Source: Chloroflexota bacterium
GTDB lineage: Bacteria; Chloroflexota; Dehalococcoidia; Lucifugimonadales; UBA3495
Direction: 5' to 3'
Assembly (NCBI GenBank): GCA_027623675.1
Contig: JAQBVF010000030.1
Span: 1-45,047 of the forward strand
Length of the DNA: 45,047 bases
The notes under the pieces were generated by a model. The model was not told where the DNA came from, searched no databases, and saw only the letters and a program-made list of their open reading frames with translations. Positions 27,906 through 37,792 of this stretch are shown in pieces (positions within the stretch are counted from its first letter, which is position 1; every line of letters begins with the position of its first letter). Position numbers and translations under genes: made by a program.

Positions 27906-28088
27906 TTACCGCCGGCGAAGAGAGCGGGTGAACATAACAAACATGGTGGGCGCCAAGACCGCCATCCAATCCCAGTGAACGGATCTCCCAAACAACGGAT
28001 TGACCACTGCGCTCAGGATTACCGCGCCACTTACGAAAGCCCCGGCCCAGGCTGCGGCCAGCGGCCAACCTCGTTTTGTGGGCTCCAT
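27906..28088 (-). CDS. Small two-helix membrane protein (60 aa)
   Basis: MEPTKRGWPLAAAWAGAFVSGAVILSAVVNPLFG...MFVMFTRSLRRR; two hydrophobic segments with basic ends; no clear RBS. Confidence 0.5.
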   Translation of the reverse strand: MEPTKRGWPLAAAWAGAFVSGAVILSAVVNPLFGRSVHWDWMAVLAPTMFVMFTRSLRRR

Positions 28089-28242
28089 CGAGGGCTTAGT
28101 TTCCCAAGGATTCCTTCCGGAATAGCGTTCTTGGCTCTGATGCAAGTTTTCATTGCAACCTATGGGTGTTTCCACCGAGCGCTGATTTCCAACCGCGGTA
28201 TCTCGAACGCAGTCGATGCTGTCCTTGAGTGACCGGCTCGAT

Positions 28243-28737
28243 CTAGACCGGCGGCTCCAGACGCTTGAGGGCCTCGCCGGTCAGCCGGTAGATGTACCAA
28301 CCCTCAACACGCTCCGCGCCCAGGTTCTCGTAGAAGCCGATGGCCGGCTCGTTCCAGTCCAGCACCGACCAGTCCATCCTGGGATAGCCGCGTTCCCTGG
28401 CCAAGCCCGCGCCGTAGGCCATCAACTCTTGGCCAACACCGCTGCCGCGCCACTCGGGCAGCACGAAGATATCTTCCAGGTACAGAGTGGGGCGGCCCGT
28501 GAAGGTAGAGTAGTGTTGGCAGAAAACGGCAAACCCCACCGGCTCATCATCGTGATAAGCGAAGACCGACTCGGCGCTGGGTTGGGGGCCGAACATGGTC
28601 TCCAACAGGTCGTCTTCCGTGGCCACCACATCCGCCGTCAACCCCTCGTATTCGGCCAGTCCCTTGATGAACCTGAGGACCAGGGCGGCGTCTCCCCGCG
28701 TGGCCTGGCGGATGCGGAACCGGTTCCGGCTGCTCAT
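28243..28737 (-). CDS. GNAT N-acetyltransferase (diamine/polyamine acetyltransferase-like)
   Basis: LAEYE, YSTFTG, LYLEDIFVLPEWRGSGVG, VLDWNEPAIGFY. Confidence 0.93.
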   Translation of the reverse strand: MSSRNRFRIRQATRGDAALVLRFIKGLAEYEGLTADVVATEDDLLETMFGPQPSAESVFAYHDDEPVGFAVFCQHYSTFTGRPTLYLEDIFVLPEWRGSGVGQELMAYGAGLARERGYPRMDWSVLDWNEPAIGFYENLGAERVEGWYIYRLTGEALKRLEPPV

Positions 28738-28743
28738 GGTTCT

Positions 28744-29862
28744 CTACCCGACCCGGTACCGGTCCAGCAGGTCCATGTTCAACTCGTAGCCGATGCCCGG
28801 CCGGTTGGGCACGGTGACGAAGCCGTCATCGTCGGGCTTGAGCAGCGGCTGGAACATCTCGGCCCGCAGCGGGTCCACGGCCACCGGGTACATCTCCAGG
28901 AATTCACCGTGGGGGATGGCCGCGACCAGGGGCAATTGCAGCTCCTGGCACCCGTGGGGGGCGATGGACACGCCGCGTTCCGCGGCAAGGTCGGTGATGT
29001 CCTTGGCCACGTCGTAGCCGGGCACGATGCCCACGTCCACGTTGAGGATGGACGCCCCGTGGTGGTCCAGCAGTGTTTTGAAGTGGGCTAGATGGTAGCC
29101 GTTCTCGCCGGTGGCGATCTTGACGCTGGAAGCCTCGGCCAGCTTGCCGTGGCCCTCATAGTCGTGGATGGGCAGGGGCTCCTCGAACCAGTAGACGTCG
29201 TACTCGGGCAGCTGCCGGGCGAACTCCAGCGATGTTTCCAGGTCCAGGGCGCAGTTGGCATCCACCAGGAGAGTTGCTTCGTCTCCGATGGCCTTGCGGG
29301 AAGCCTCCACCCGGCGCATGTCGCCGGCCACTCCCATGTTGGGGTCGCCGATCTTGATCTTCACCGCCGATGCGTGCATCTCCTCCACGTTGAAGCGAAC
29401 CTCTTCCTGCAATTCCTCAAGGCCCTTGCCCTCGGCGTAATATCCGCCGGCGATGTAGGTGCGGACCCGCTGCTGCGCCCCGCCCAGCATCTGGTGGATG
29501 GACCGGCCCAGGGCCTTGCCCTTGATGTCCCAGCAGGCGATGTTGATGGCGGCCAAGACCTGGGTGTTGATGCCGCCAATGCCCAGTATCTTGATCAGCT
29601 TCTCGCCCAGGTCATTGGCCAGAGATCGGGTCTCGAATGGGTCGCGGCCCACGACTAGGGGACGGAAATAGTCGACATAACCTGGAAACAGGTTCAAGGG
29701 ACGCTCGGCTGCGGTGCCGCCGTTCCAGCCGTAGCCGGTGATGCCCTCGTCGGTGTGCACCGTAACCTTATGCAACCGGCCCGGCCCGTAGAAGTGGCCG
29801 CCGTTCCAGATGCCCGGCCGCTCCCACTCAAATACCTCGCTGGTGATATCGGTGATCTTCAT
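28744..29862 (-). CDS. Mandelate racemase/muconate lactonizing enzyme family protein
   Basis: WDIKGK, KIK, VDAN, WFEEP, TGEN, APH. Confidence 0.93.
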   Translation of the reverse strand: MKITDITSEVFEWERPGIWNGGHFYGPGRLHKVTVHTDEGITGYGWNGGTAAERPLNLFPGYVDYFRPLVVGRDPFETRSLANDLGEKLIKILGIGGINTQVLAAINIACWDIKGKALGRSIHQMLGGAQQRVRTYIAGGYYAEGKGLEELQEEVRFNVEEMHASAVKIKIGDPNMGVAGDMRRVEASRKAIGDEATLLVDANCALDLETSLEFARQLPEYDVYWFEEPLPIHDYEGHGKLAEASSVKIATGENGYHLAHFKTLLDHHGASILNVDVGIVPGYDVAKDITDLAAERGVSIAPHGCQELQLPLVAAIPHGEFLEMYPVAVDPLRAEMFQPLLKPDDDGFVTVPNRPGIGYELNMDLLDRYRVG

Positions 29863-29900
29863 CTTTCGTTAAGTTGACCTCAAGTGCAGTTTCCTGGCGC

Positions 29901-30626
29901 TTATGGCACGTCCATCCGGCGCAGCCGCCGCACGCCCAACGCGAAAAATAGGACAGTTACGCCCGCGGCGCCGGCGATGGCTACCGGAAGGTCAATCACC
30001 CGCTCTCCCAGGGCCGGGAAGCTGGGCTCGTCCAAGCCGCTGATTATGGCGAGGGCGTAGCCGTGAACGCTGAGATAATTTATGCCGGTAATGATTGTGC
30101 TTAAAACGCCTTCCCAGAGCAAGACGTAGATGAGGGCGAAAGGCAATGCCCTGGTGGTCACCAGCCCCAGCCAGGTGAAGATGGTGGAGTAGGCCACCAA
30201 GCCGGTTCCCAAACCAGCGGCCACCGCGATGGTGGGCCGGGCTTCTCCGTCGAACCCCAGCAGCGCCGCGGTAATCCCGCTGGCCAGCAGCAGCGGACCG
30301 CAGATCACCACGGAAGCCAGGACCTTGGCAAGGAAGATACACCACCGGGCCACTGGAGTCGTGGTCATGTAGCCGAGGGTCCGGTCTTCCAACTCGTTGC
30401 CGAAGGCTGAGGTTGTTAAGGCCATCGTTACGATGGGCAAGATTCCGGAGACCAGCATGCCGTCCAGCAGGATGTTGGTGAAATTCCGGTTGAACTCAGG
30501 GTCGTCATCGGCGATGAAGTGGACCAGGACCGCCAACCCCACCGGCAACGCCGCCAGGAGCAGGATGAGAGTCATCCTCCAGCGGCCGGTCAATTGGCGG
30601 ATGGAAAGCCAGAAGATCGCCGTCAT
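29901..30626 (-). CDS. ABC-2 type exporter permease
   Basis: About six TM segments, ELEDRTLGYM..TPVAR. Confidence 0.88.
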   Translation of the reverse strand: MTAIFWLSIRQLTGRWRMTLILLLAALPVGLAVLVHFIADDDPEFNRNFTNILLDGMLVSGILPIVTMALTTSAFGNELEDRTLGYMTTTPVARWCIFLAKVLASVVICGPLLLASGITAALLGFDGEARPTIAVAAGLGTGLVAYSTIFTWLGLVTTRALPFALIYVLLWEGVLSTIITGINYLSVHGYALAIISGLDEPSFPALGERVIDLPVAIAGAAGVTVLFFALGVRRLRRMDVP

Positions 30627-31553
30627 CTAGCGGTCCACCACGTAGCTGAAGATACTCTCTAGGGAATCATCCAGCGGCTCAACCCGTTTCAGGCGTATGC
30701 CGTGCTCCTGGGCCAACCGGGGGATGGACCGCTGCAGCGCGGTGACGTTGCGGCTCAAGACGGTCAACTCGCCTTCGCCGTCGATGCTCACCGAATCGAC
30801 ATCATCGGTCCCGGCCAGGGCGGAGGCTATGCGGCGGGGCGAGTCGGTCACCACGCGGACCTTGTAGGCCTGCTCGTCCAACTTCTCGCGGATGGCCCGG
30901 AAGTCGCCGGCCGCGGCCAGTTTTCCGCTGACCATGAGCAGTATGGTGGAGGCCAGAGTCTCGACCTCCTCCAGTATGTGGGAGGAGATGAGCACGGTGC
31001 GGCCTTCCTCGGCCAGCCGGACCATGGCGGCGTGGAACTCAAGACGTTGCCGGGGGTCGGTGCCGTTCAGGGGTTCGTCCAATATCAGGACCTGGGGGTC
31101 GTGCACCAAGGCTGCCGCCAGCCGCATGCGTTGCCGCATGCCACGGGAGTAGGTGCTCAGCTTCCGGTGCTGGGCGTCTGCCAACCCAACGAGCCCGATC
31201 GCCCGGTCCACGGGGCCGGCCGATGGCTTCAAGCCCTGCAATTTGGCGGCAAATTGAACAAACTCACGTCCGGTGTAGAACCCGTAGACAGATTCATGTT
31301 CCGCCATAACGCCCACATCCCGGTAGAGCGCCGGGTTCCCCCGGACCGGCTGCCCCAGGACCGTGACCTCGCCCTCTGAACATTGGGCTTTGCCAGTGAT
31401 CAGGTGCAGGATGGTCGACTTGCCGGCCCCATTGGGACCCAACAGCCCGGTGATGCCCGGGTGGACCTGTAGGGTGACGTCGTTGACCGCCACCACATTG
31501 CCGTACCACTTGGAAACGCCCTTAACGTCGATAACCGGTTGGGAAGAGCTCAT
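30627..31553 (-). CDS. ABC transporter ATP-binding protein
   Basis: GPNGAGKS, YSRGMRQR, ILDEP, SSH; ATGA overlap with upstream permease. Confidence 0.93.
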   Translation of the reverse strand: MSSSQPVIDVKGVSKWYGNVVAVNDVTLQVHPGITGLLGPNGAGKSTILHLITGKAQCSEGEVTVLGQPVRGNPALYRDVGVMAEHESVYGFYTGREFVQFAAKLQGLKPSAGPVDRAIGLVGLADAQHRKLSTYSRGMRQRMRLAAALVHDPQVLILDEPLNGTDPRQRLEFHAAMVRLAEEGRTVLISSHILEEVETLASTILLMVSGKLAAAGDFRAIREKLDEQAYKVRVVTDSPRRIASALAGTDDVDSVSIDGEGELTVLSRNVTALQRSIPRLAQEHGIRLKRVEPLDDSLESIFSYVVDR

Positions 31554-32473
31554 ACCGTTAGCCTTCGGTACCGCAGCCACAGGACCAAACCCATTCCTCC
31601 GGTCAATACCACGTACCAGCCGATGGGCACGATGCGCGGTAGTTCCGCAGTTAGGCGGGCGCGCCGTCCTTCGTCCTCGGTATCGAATATCATATTGTTG
31701 ACGTTGGTGGGCACGCGGCTCACGTCCACCAGTCCCAGCCATTTGCCCGCATCCCCAGTGACAGGCTCGCACTGTTCGACTAGGAAAGACCCATGGCTTT
31801 GGTCACATTCGGTCAATGCCGCACCCACCGGAGCAGAGATGACGAACAGTCCGATGACGAAAGCGGCGGCGAAGGCCCGGCGGTCGGTGAAAGCTGACAC
31901 TGCCAGCGGCAGGGTGGTGATGAATGCGGCCAGCAGGAACCCAGCGCCAAGGATACGGGGGATGTCCAACCAATTTTCGCGGAGATAGTCCATGGGGTCG
32001 ACCGAAGACAAGATGAGGCCGACCAATAATACGAGCTGTCCCGAATAGACCAACAGGAGCGTGATGGCGAAGAAGGCCAGCCACCGTGCAGCCAGGTAGT
32101 CGGTGACGCTTAGCGGCCTCACCAGATAGAGGCTGATCACGCCGTTGCGCCGGTCGGAACACAGAAGCTCGGGCGCGATGATGGCGGCGAAAATCAACAA
32201 GATGATGGAAACGATCTGGTAGTAATCGGAGTGGCCGGGGAGGTCCAGTTGTCCCTGCGACAAAGAATTTATCAGCACGAAAATAACGGAGATGCCCATG
32301 GGGATCCCGAACAGGAGAATGGGGAGCACCTTGGAGACGGCGCCGCGTCCCAATCCCAACGTGGTCCTGAACCCGTCCATGAAAACCGCTTTCCGGCCAC
32401 GCCATCGTCCCTCGCGGGGGCCGTCGTAGTGCTGATAACCCAGGTCGAATAGCTCGCCCGCGCGCTGGGTCAT
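31550..32473 (-). CDS. ABC-2 type exporter permease
   Basis: Multiple TM segments, SDRRNGVISLYLVRP; ATGA overlap with upstream ATPase. Confidence 0.88.
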   Translation of the reverse strand: MTQRAGELFDLGYQHYDGPREGRWRGRKAVFMDGFRTTLGLGRGAVSKVLPILLFGIPMGISVIFVLINSLSQGQLDLPGHSDYYQIVSIILLIFAAIIAPELLCSDRRNGVISLYLVRPLSVTDYLAARWLAFFAITLLLVYSGQLVLLVGLILSSVDPMDYLRENWLDIPRILGAGFLLAAFITTLPLAVSAFTDRRAFAAAFVIGLFVISAPVGAALTECDQSHGSFLVEQCEPVTGDAGKWLGLVDVSRVPTNVNNMIFDTEDEGRRARLTAELPRIVPIGWYVVLTGGMGLVLWLRYRRLTV

Positions 32474-33372
32474 GACGGGCTATTCCTGAAGATGTCGGTG
32501 AGTTGGTGCCGGCGGGGGGCCATCCGGCGCAGGCGGGCGTTCACCGCCACCAGGGCGTCCCGGATGGCGTCATATTGTTCCTCGCTGTCCAGTTCCACGG
32601 CCAATGACAGGCCGTCGATGCTGGCGGTTATGCCCCGCCCCGCCAGGGCGGCGATCAGCTCTTCCCGGTTGCCGTCCACATCCAGCAAGACGGTTTCCGT
32701 TTCGCGGGTGAATTGGGCCACCGCTCCCTGTTCGGTGACGAGTCCGCCTTCGAGCACGATTATCCGGTCGCAGGTGCTTTCCACGTTGCCCATCAAGTGG
32801 GAAGAAAGGATGATGCTGATGCCGAAGTCGTGTCCGGTGCGCCGGACCAGCCGCAGCATGTCCTCCCGTCCGCCGGGGTCCAGGCCCGCCGTGGGTTCAT
32901 CCAGCAGCACCACCACCGGGTCGTGGGCCAGAGCCTGGGCCAGCTTGACCCGCTGTTTCATGCCCGTGGAATACTGGCCGATCGGCCGGTAACGCTCTTC
33001 TTCCAGTCCCACGTGCCGCAGGATATCCGCCGCCCGTGTCCTGGCCTGGGCCGGCGGGATGCCGCTCACCTGGACCATGTGGGTTAGGAACTCGGACGCG
33101 GTGACGGCGGGGGGCAGGCAGTCGTGCTCGGGCATGTAGCCCAGACGCGCCCTGATGTCGGGGGATTCGTAAGGACGCTCCCCAAGGACCTCGGCTGACC
33201 CCGAAGTGGGACTGAGCAGGCCCAAGAACAGCTTGATGGCCGTGCTTTTGCCAGCGCCGTTGGGGCCAAGCAGACCGGTGATGCCGTCGTGCACCTGGAA
33301 GTCCACGGACTGCAGCGCAATGGTCTGACCGTAATGCTTGGTGAGGGATCTAGCTTCGAGTAGTGTTGCCAC
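32470..33372 (-). CDS. ABC transporter ATP-binding protein
   Basis: GPNGAGKS, YSTGMKQR, LLDEP, SSH; ABC-like sequence starts at GTG 33372. Confidence 0.92.
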   Translation of the reverse strand: MATLLEARSLTKHYGQTIALQSVDFQVHDGITGLLGPNGAGKSTAIKLFLGLLSPTSGSAEVLGERPYESPDIRARLGYMPEHDCLPPAVTASEFLTHMVQVSGIPPAQARTRAADILRHVGLEEERYRPIGQYSTGMKQRVKLAQALAHDPVVVLLDEPTAGLDPGGREDMLRLVRRTGHDFGISIILSSHLMGNVESTCDRIIVLEGGLVTEQGAVAQFTRETETVLLDVDGNREELIAALAGRGITASIDGLSLAVELDSEEQYDAIRDALVAVNARLRRMAPRRHQLTDIFRNSPS

Positions 33373-33378
33373 GCCCGC

Positions 33379-33384
33379 ATTATA
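33379..33384 (-). promoter_or_regulatory. -10 element (TATAAT) of a probable leaderless ABC operon transcript
   Basis: Minus strand TATAAT-GCGGGC-GTG; no Shine-Dalgarno sequence. Confidence 0.6.
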
Positions 33385-33507
33385 CTCGCGTGCTCGGAAC
33401 GGTTTGCCAGCTATATCGGTGGATCGAGGACCGGTTCCGATTGACGGCACGCGCCGGGCAGACCATAGTGCATCCGGTATTTCGTATCGATTTCGGGAGG
33501 CGGCGAG

Positions 33508-34500
33508 ATGGCGACACTGGTTACCGGCGGAACGGGATTTGTGGGGGCGAACGTCGTGAGGGACCTCGCCCGGAACGGTCACGAGGTGGTCAGCTTCGAC
33601 ATCGATGGCCCCGATCGATTGCTGCGGGACTTCGTGGGCGAGGCAGCTCCGCAAGTGACGTTCGTGCAGGGAGACATAGTAGATCAGGCGTCAGTGGCGC
33701 GCCTGGGCGGCGACCACTCCATCGACAAGATCGTCCATGCCGCGGCCTACACCGTGAACCGGGAGGCGTTGGAGACCGAACGCGGCCGAGACGTGGTCGC
33801 CGTCAACATCGAGGGCACGGCCAATCTTCTGGAGCTGGCCCGCGCTCAGAAGGTGTCCAGATTCGTTTACGTCAGCTCCGGAGCGGCCTACGGCTCCGCT
33901 CTGCCCGGCGACCAAACGCTGAACGAGGAAACCCCGCCCATCCCCCAGAACCTCTACGGCATCACCAAATTCGCCAGTGAGATGCTAACCCGGCGGTACG
34001 GCCAGCTTCACGGCATCTCCACCGCCACCGCCCGTCTGAGCACGCCCTACGGCCCCATGGAACGGGTTACCGGCCACCGCGCGGTGATGTCGGTGTTCTA
34101 CGACTGGACCGGGAACGTGGCCCGTGGCGAGAGCATCATCGCCGAGGACATGGACCAGGGCCGCGATTACACCTATATCACCGACATCGCCGAGGGCCTG
34201 CGCGCAGTGCTGGACGCGCCGTTACTGCCCCACGACCTGTACAACGTCACAGCCGGGGCGTGGGTGACGTTCCAGCAGATATTGGACGCGGTGATCGAGC
34301 TTTCCCCCGGCACCCAGGTGGTGACGCCGTCGCCTCCTAAGACCAAGTTCGCCGACAAGCCCGGGGGCGCCAACTACTCCCGCGGGCCGCTGTCCGGCCA
34401 CCGCCTATTCGACGACCTGGATTGGACGCCCAGATACGATTTGAAGGCCGGGCTGGCGGACTATATCCGATGGCGAAAGGACGCAGATTTCCTGGACTGA
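33508..34500 (+). CDS. NAD-dependent epimerase/dehydratase (extended SDR)
   Basis: TGGTGFVG, HAAA, SSGAAYG, YGITK, RDYTY; RBS GGGAGG. Confidence 0.93.
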   Translation: MATLVTGGTGFVGANVVRDLARNGHEVVSFDIDGPDRLLRDFVGEAAPQVTFVQGDIVDQASVARLGGDHSIDKIVHAAAYTVNREALETERGRDVVAVNIEGTANLLELARAQKVSRFVYVSSGAAYGSALPGDQTLNEETPPIPQNLYGITKFASEMLTRRYGQLHGISTATARLSTPYGPMERVTGHRAVMSVFYDWTGNVARGESIIAEDMDQGRDYTYITDIAEGLRAVLDAPLLPHDLYNVTAGAWVTFQQILDAVIELSPGTQVVTPSPPKTKFADKPGGANYSRGPLSGHRLFDDLDWTPRYDLKAGLADYIRWRKDADFLD

Positions 34501-34525
34501 GTTACCCACTCCCGGCTGAGGGCTT

Positions 34526-34554
34526 TTGACAAAATCCCAGCGCCAGAATACGCT
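34526..34554 (+). promoter_or_regulatory. Putative sigma70 promoter of the VOC gene
   Basis: TTGACA-17 nt-TACGCT, about 57 nt before ATG. Confidence 0.5.
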
Positions 34555-34611
34555 TTGCGCCTGGAACAACGCCCAGAGATTTAAGAATCTTTGATCTTAC
34601 GGAGATTATCT

Positions 34612-35064
34612 ATGATGGAAACCACAGGCATCTCTCACATCGCAGTTTGTGTCAGTGACATGGACAGGTCGCTGGCGTTCTACCGGGATATCCTGGGCAT
34701 GACCGTGACCAAAGACTTCATGCAGGACACCTCCACCGGCGGGCTCACCCACACCTACAAGCACCAACGCAACACCCGCCGCACCGTCTACCTGACCTGG
34801 GGCGGACTGGCCTTTTTCGTCATGACCAGCCACCCTGGCGACCAGGCTGACGGCGCCGGCATCAAGCTGGACCAGGTGGGGGTTAGCCACGTTTCGTTCA
34901 CCGTTAAGGACGTGCGGGGCCTGGCGGACCATCTGCTGGCCAATGGCGTTGAGATCGCCGGCGGCATCGAAGCATTCGCCGATGAGTCAGGGAACGTCCG
35001 GACCTTCTTCGCTTTCGACCCCGACGGGATTCTGGTCCAGTTCGACGCCGGTGTGGAATCTTAA
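34612..35064 (+). CDS. VOC/glyoxalase family protein
   Basis: SHIAVCVSDMDRSLAFYRDILG, SHVSFTV, DPDGILVQ; RBS GGAG. Confidence 0.9.
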   Translation: MMETTGISHIAVCVSDMDRSLAFYRDILGMTVTKDFMQDTSTGGLTHTYKHQRNTRRTVYLTWGGLAFFVMTSHPGDQADGAGIKLDQVGVSHVSFTVKDVRGLADHLLANGVEIAGGIEAFADESGNVRTFFAFDPDGILVQFDAGVES

Positions 35065-35105
35065 GCAGGTGTCTGGGCGTTAGTCGTAAACGCCTCGTAA
35101 AATAC

Positions 35106-35140
35106 GATCAAAGCCCGGCGACAACGGCCGGGCTTTGATC
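35106..35140 (+). terminator. Hairpin/terminator after VOC gene
   Basis: 14-bp inverted repeat GATCAAAGCCCGGC/GCCGGGCTTTGATC. Confidence 0.75.
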
Positions 35141-35591
35141 TCGGTGGAGGTCTGCGCTATGGCCGGCGAGACCGCGGACGGGAGATAGGTCGAATGGGGC
35201 GCCTTCGAACCGGTTGGACGGGACGAGGATCCCATCGCCCGGCCTCTCGATTACCGCCTGAAACCGCTGGAGTTAGCCGGCAAGCCGGACTTTCTCTGCC
35301 TAGGGCAACCAAGTGCGGAGACTGATGGCTCGCCACGTGGCTGAATTTGGAGATTTCATGGCCGATTTCCACCGGACCCGCGAGACCGTCGCCGTGGGAA
35401 CCGCCGCTGGAAATCGGCAGGCCCCGCGACCGGCAGGCTTTTGGTGGACAGCCATGCGCTGGAGCGGTAACATCCTTGCGGCCCAACGCGCGAGTGCGGC
35501 TGTGGTTATCCCCCAAAGGCGGTCTCCCAACTTCCATGCCCACCAAGTTTCTTTGCCCCCTTAGGCCCGCCAGGCCCCGGACCTACCCCTC

Positions 35592-36845
35592 TTGCGCCCC
35601 CGCCTCCCTGTGAGCCTAAACCTGATCGCTTCTCTGGGCCGGGCCGCTTCGCCGCTTTCCATACTGCGGGAGCGCAATTTTGGCCTGATATGGTCGGCCA
35701 TGTCCCTGGCGCAGATGGGCGCCCAGATGGAAACCGTGGTGGTCGTATGGTACGTGCTGAACCTGACCGACTCGCCGTTCCTGGTTGGGCTTACGGCCAC
35801 CGCCCGGCTGGGGTTCAACTTTCTGGCCCTGTTCGCCGGGGCCACCGCCGACATCGTGCCGCGCCGGACCCTGATGATGATTGTCCAGGCGGTGCTGGCC
35901 ACCTTGGCGATCCTGATGTTGACCTTGATAAGCACCGGACTGATCGAGGTCTGGCATATCTTCGTCATCACCCTGGCTGCTGGCCTGGCCCGTATCTTCC
36001 AGATGCCCACGGCCCAATCGCTGGCGGTGGACAGTGTCATACCGGCGCGGATCCCGAACGCGGTTGCCCTGATCAGCGCGGCCATGAATCTGGCTCTGAT
36101 CGTCGGGCCAATCGTCGGCGGAGTCCTATTCGATCTGTTTGGCCCCGAGGGCGCCTACGTGATGGTCGCGTCGATGTACGTGCTCAGCGGCGCCGCCGCG
36201 TTTATGATCGGCGCCACGCGGGTCAGCGCACCCGCTGAAAGGGAGTCGGTGTTCACCATGGTGGGTCAGGGGTTGAGATACGTTAAGGGCGAGCAGTTGC
36301 TTTGGTCAGCGCTCCTCGCGGCAGTCATCATCAACATATCGGGATTCTCGTTCCACACCACCCTGGTGCCGATCTTCGCCAAGGACGTATTGGACCAGGA
36401 CTCGGTTGGCTTGGGCATCTTGATCTCGGCCTTCGGCATCGGCGGGCTGTGCGGCTCAATGTTCTGGGCATCCATACCCAACCTGCGCCACACCGGCTTG
36501 CTCTGTATCCTGGCGGTGGCCGGGTGGCATGGGACGATGATTATCTTCGCGGCGTCAACCATCTTCTACCTGTCGGTTGGCATCCTGGTGGTCACCGGGA
36601 TGATGTTCTCGTCCAGCTTGGTCCTGATACTCACGGTGTTGATGAAGACGGGCCTGCCCGAGTACCGGGGCCGGATCATGGGGCTTAGGACGCTGGCGAT
36701 CTATGCCCACGCCTTTGGCAGCCTGATCGCCGGGGCCGTCGCGGGCGCGTTTGGAGCGCCGGCAACGGCGGTTATCAGCGGTATCTTGGGGATCGCAATG
36801 GTGGGTGGGCTGGCCCTTTTAGCGCCCAAGCTGCGCCGATTCTAG
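35592..36845 (+). CDS. MFS transporter (EntS/DHA3-like), paralog of 16994..18220
   Basis: About 12 TM segments; RERNFGLIW, GATADIVPRR, PEYRGRIMG; start uncertain. Confidence 0.9.
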   Translation: MRPRLPVSLNLIASLGRAASPLSILRERNFGLIWSAMSLAQMGAQMETVVVVWYVLNLTDSPFLVGLTATARLGFNFLALFAGATADIVPRRTLMMIVQAVLATLAILMLTLISTGLIEVWHIFVITLAAGLARIFQMPTAQSLAVDSVIPARIPNAVALISAAMNLALIVGPIVGGVLFDLFGPEGAYVMVASMYVLSGAAAFMIGATRVSAPAERESVFTMVGQGLRYVKGEQLLWSALLAAVIINISGFSFHTTLVPIFAKDVLDQDSVGLGILISAFGIGGLCGSMFWASIPNLRHTGLLCILAVAGWHGTMIIFAASTIFYLSVGILVVTGMMFSSSLVLILTVLMKTGLPEYRGRIMGLRTLAIYAHAFGSLIAGAVAGAFGAPATAVISGILGIAMVGGLALLAPKLRRF

Positions 36846-36891
36846 ACCTCTGCCCAGCAGTTGTTGCCAAACCCACGTCTAGCGGGAGTAA

Positions 36892-37686
36892 TTAGACCTG
36901 CGCCCAGCGGGGCACCAGTTGCGAAGCTTCCCTGACCTTGGCCGCGGTGGCCCGTGCGCCAGGCTGGTAAGTCTCCAGGAGACTCCAGAACCGCTCGGAA
37001 TGGTCCAACCTCCGGCCATGGCATAGCTCATGGACCAATACGTACCGGGCCATCGGCTCCGGGAGGAACAGCAGGTTCCGGTTCAGGTTGATCGATCGCT
37101 CCGAGGAGCAACTGCCCCACTTGGTCCGCTGCCGCCGGACGGTCACCCGGTTGAAGGGCAGAGATAGCTCTTCGCTTAGTTGTTCCAGCCACGGCGTCAA
37201 CACCGCTTTTGCCCGCCGCTGGAGCCAACCGTTCAGCGCCGCCGCCACCATAGCCGGGTCCGCCACCGGACCGGTCAATGAGAGTAGGTTCCCTTCTTGT
37301 TCCGCGGTCCGCAGGCGCTCGCCGGGAGAGGGCAGATATTCAGTCTGCCAGTTCTCGTTCAGCAACCTTAGGTCGATGGAACCGGGCCGCTCCAGGGCTT
37401 CAACCGGCTGGATCCGCTCCAGGTTTCTGGCGATCCAGTCTGACTTCAACTGGAGCAACTCAGGGATGCCCTTGCGGCTGAACCGGGGAGGTATCACCAC
37501 CTCCAGTCCCGCCCACGGCGACACCCTGATGGCCACCCGTCTGGCCCGTTTGCTCACCCGGACCGTGTAGTCAGGAATGGCAAAGCCGGCGCCGGCGGCG
37601 TCCGATCTGCCGGTGTCCGCCTTCCCCGTGTCCAGGCTGCCGGTGTCCGGGATAAAAGGGTCGGGGATCAAGCGCCCCTGGGTCAT
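36892..37686 (-). CDS. YgjP/DUF45-like zinc metallopeptidase-domain protein
   Basis: RVSKRARR, QRTKWGSCS, YVLVHELCH, HSERFW; RBS AGGAG. Confidence 0.9.
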   Translation of the reverse strand: MTQGRLIPDPFIPDTGSLDTGKADTGRSDAAGAGFAIPDYTVRVSKRARRVAIRVSPWAGLEVVIPPRFSRKGIPELLQLKSDWIARNLERIQPVEALERPGSIDLRLLNENWQTEYLPSPGERLRTAEQEGNLLSLTGPVADPAMVAAALNGWLQRRAKAVLTPWLEQLSEELSLPFNRVTVRRQRTKWGSCSSERSINLNRNLLFLPEPMARYVLVHELCHGRRLDHSERFWSLLETYQPGARATAAKVREASQLVPRWAQV

Positions 37687-37722
37687 CTAACGTCTCCTGT
37701 CGGTTCGGTTGGCGGCCAAATA

Positions 37723-37758
37723 AAAAGCGGCCAGTCAACTGAATGATTGGCCACTTTT
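37723..37758 (-). terminator. Intrinsic terminator after VOC gene
   Basis: Minus strand AAAAGTGGCCAATCA-6 nt-TGACTGGCCGCTTTT. Confidence 0.7.
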
Positions 37759-37792
37759 CGGATTCGATCTACGGTGTTCCCCCAGGTTTGTC

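Noticed and set aside
37595..37650. Degenerate 15-bp repeats encoding DTGSL-DTGKA-DTGRS
   Set aside because: Low-complexity N-terminal linker of the YgjP-like protein, not an array.
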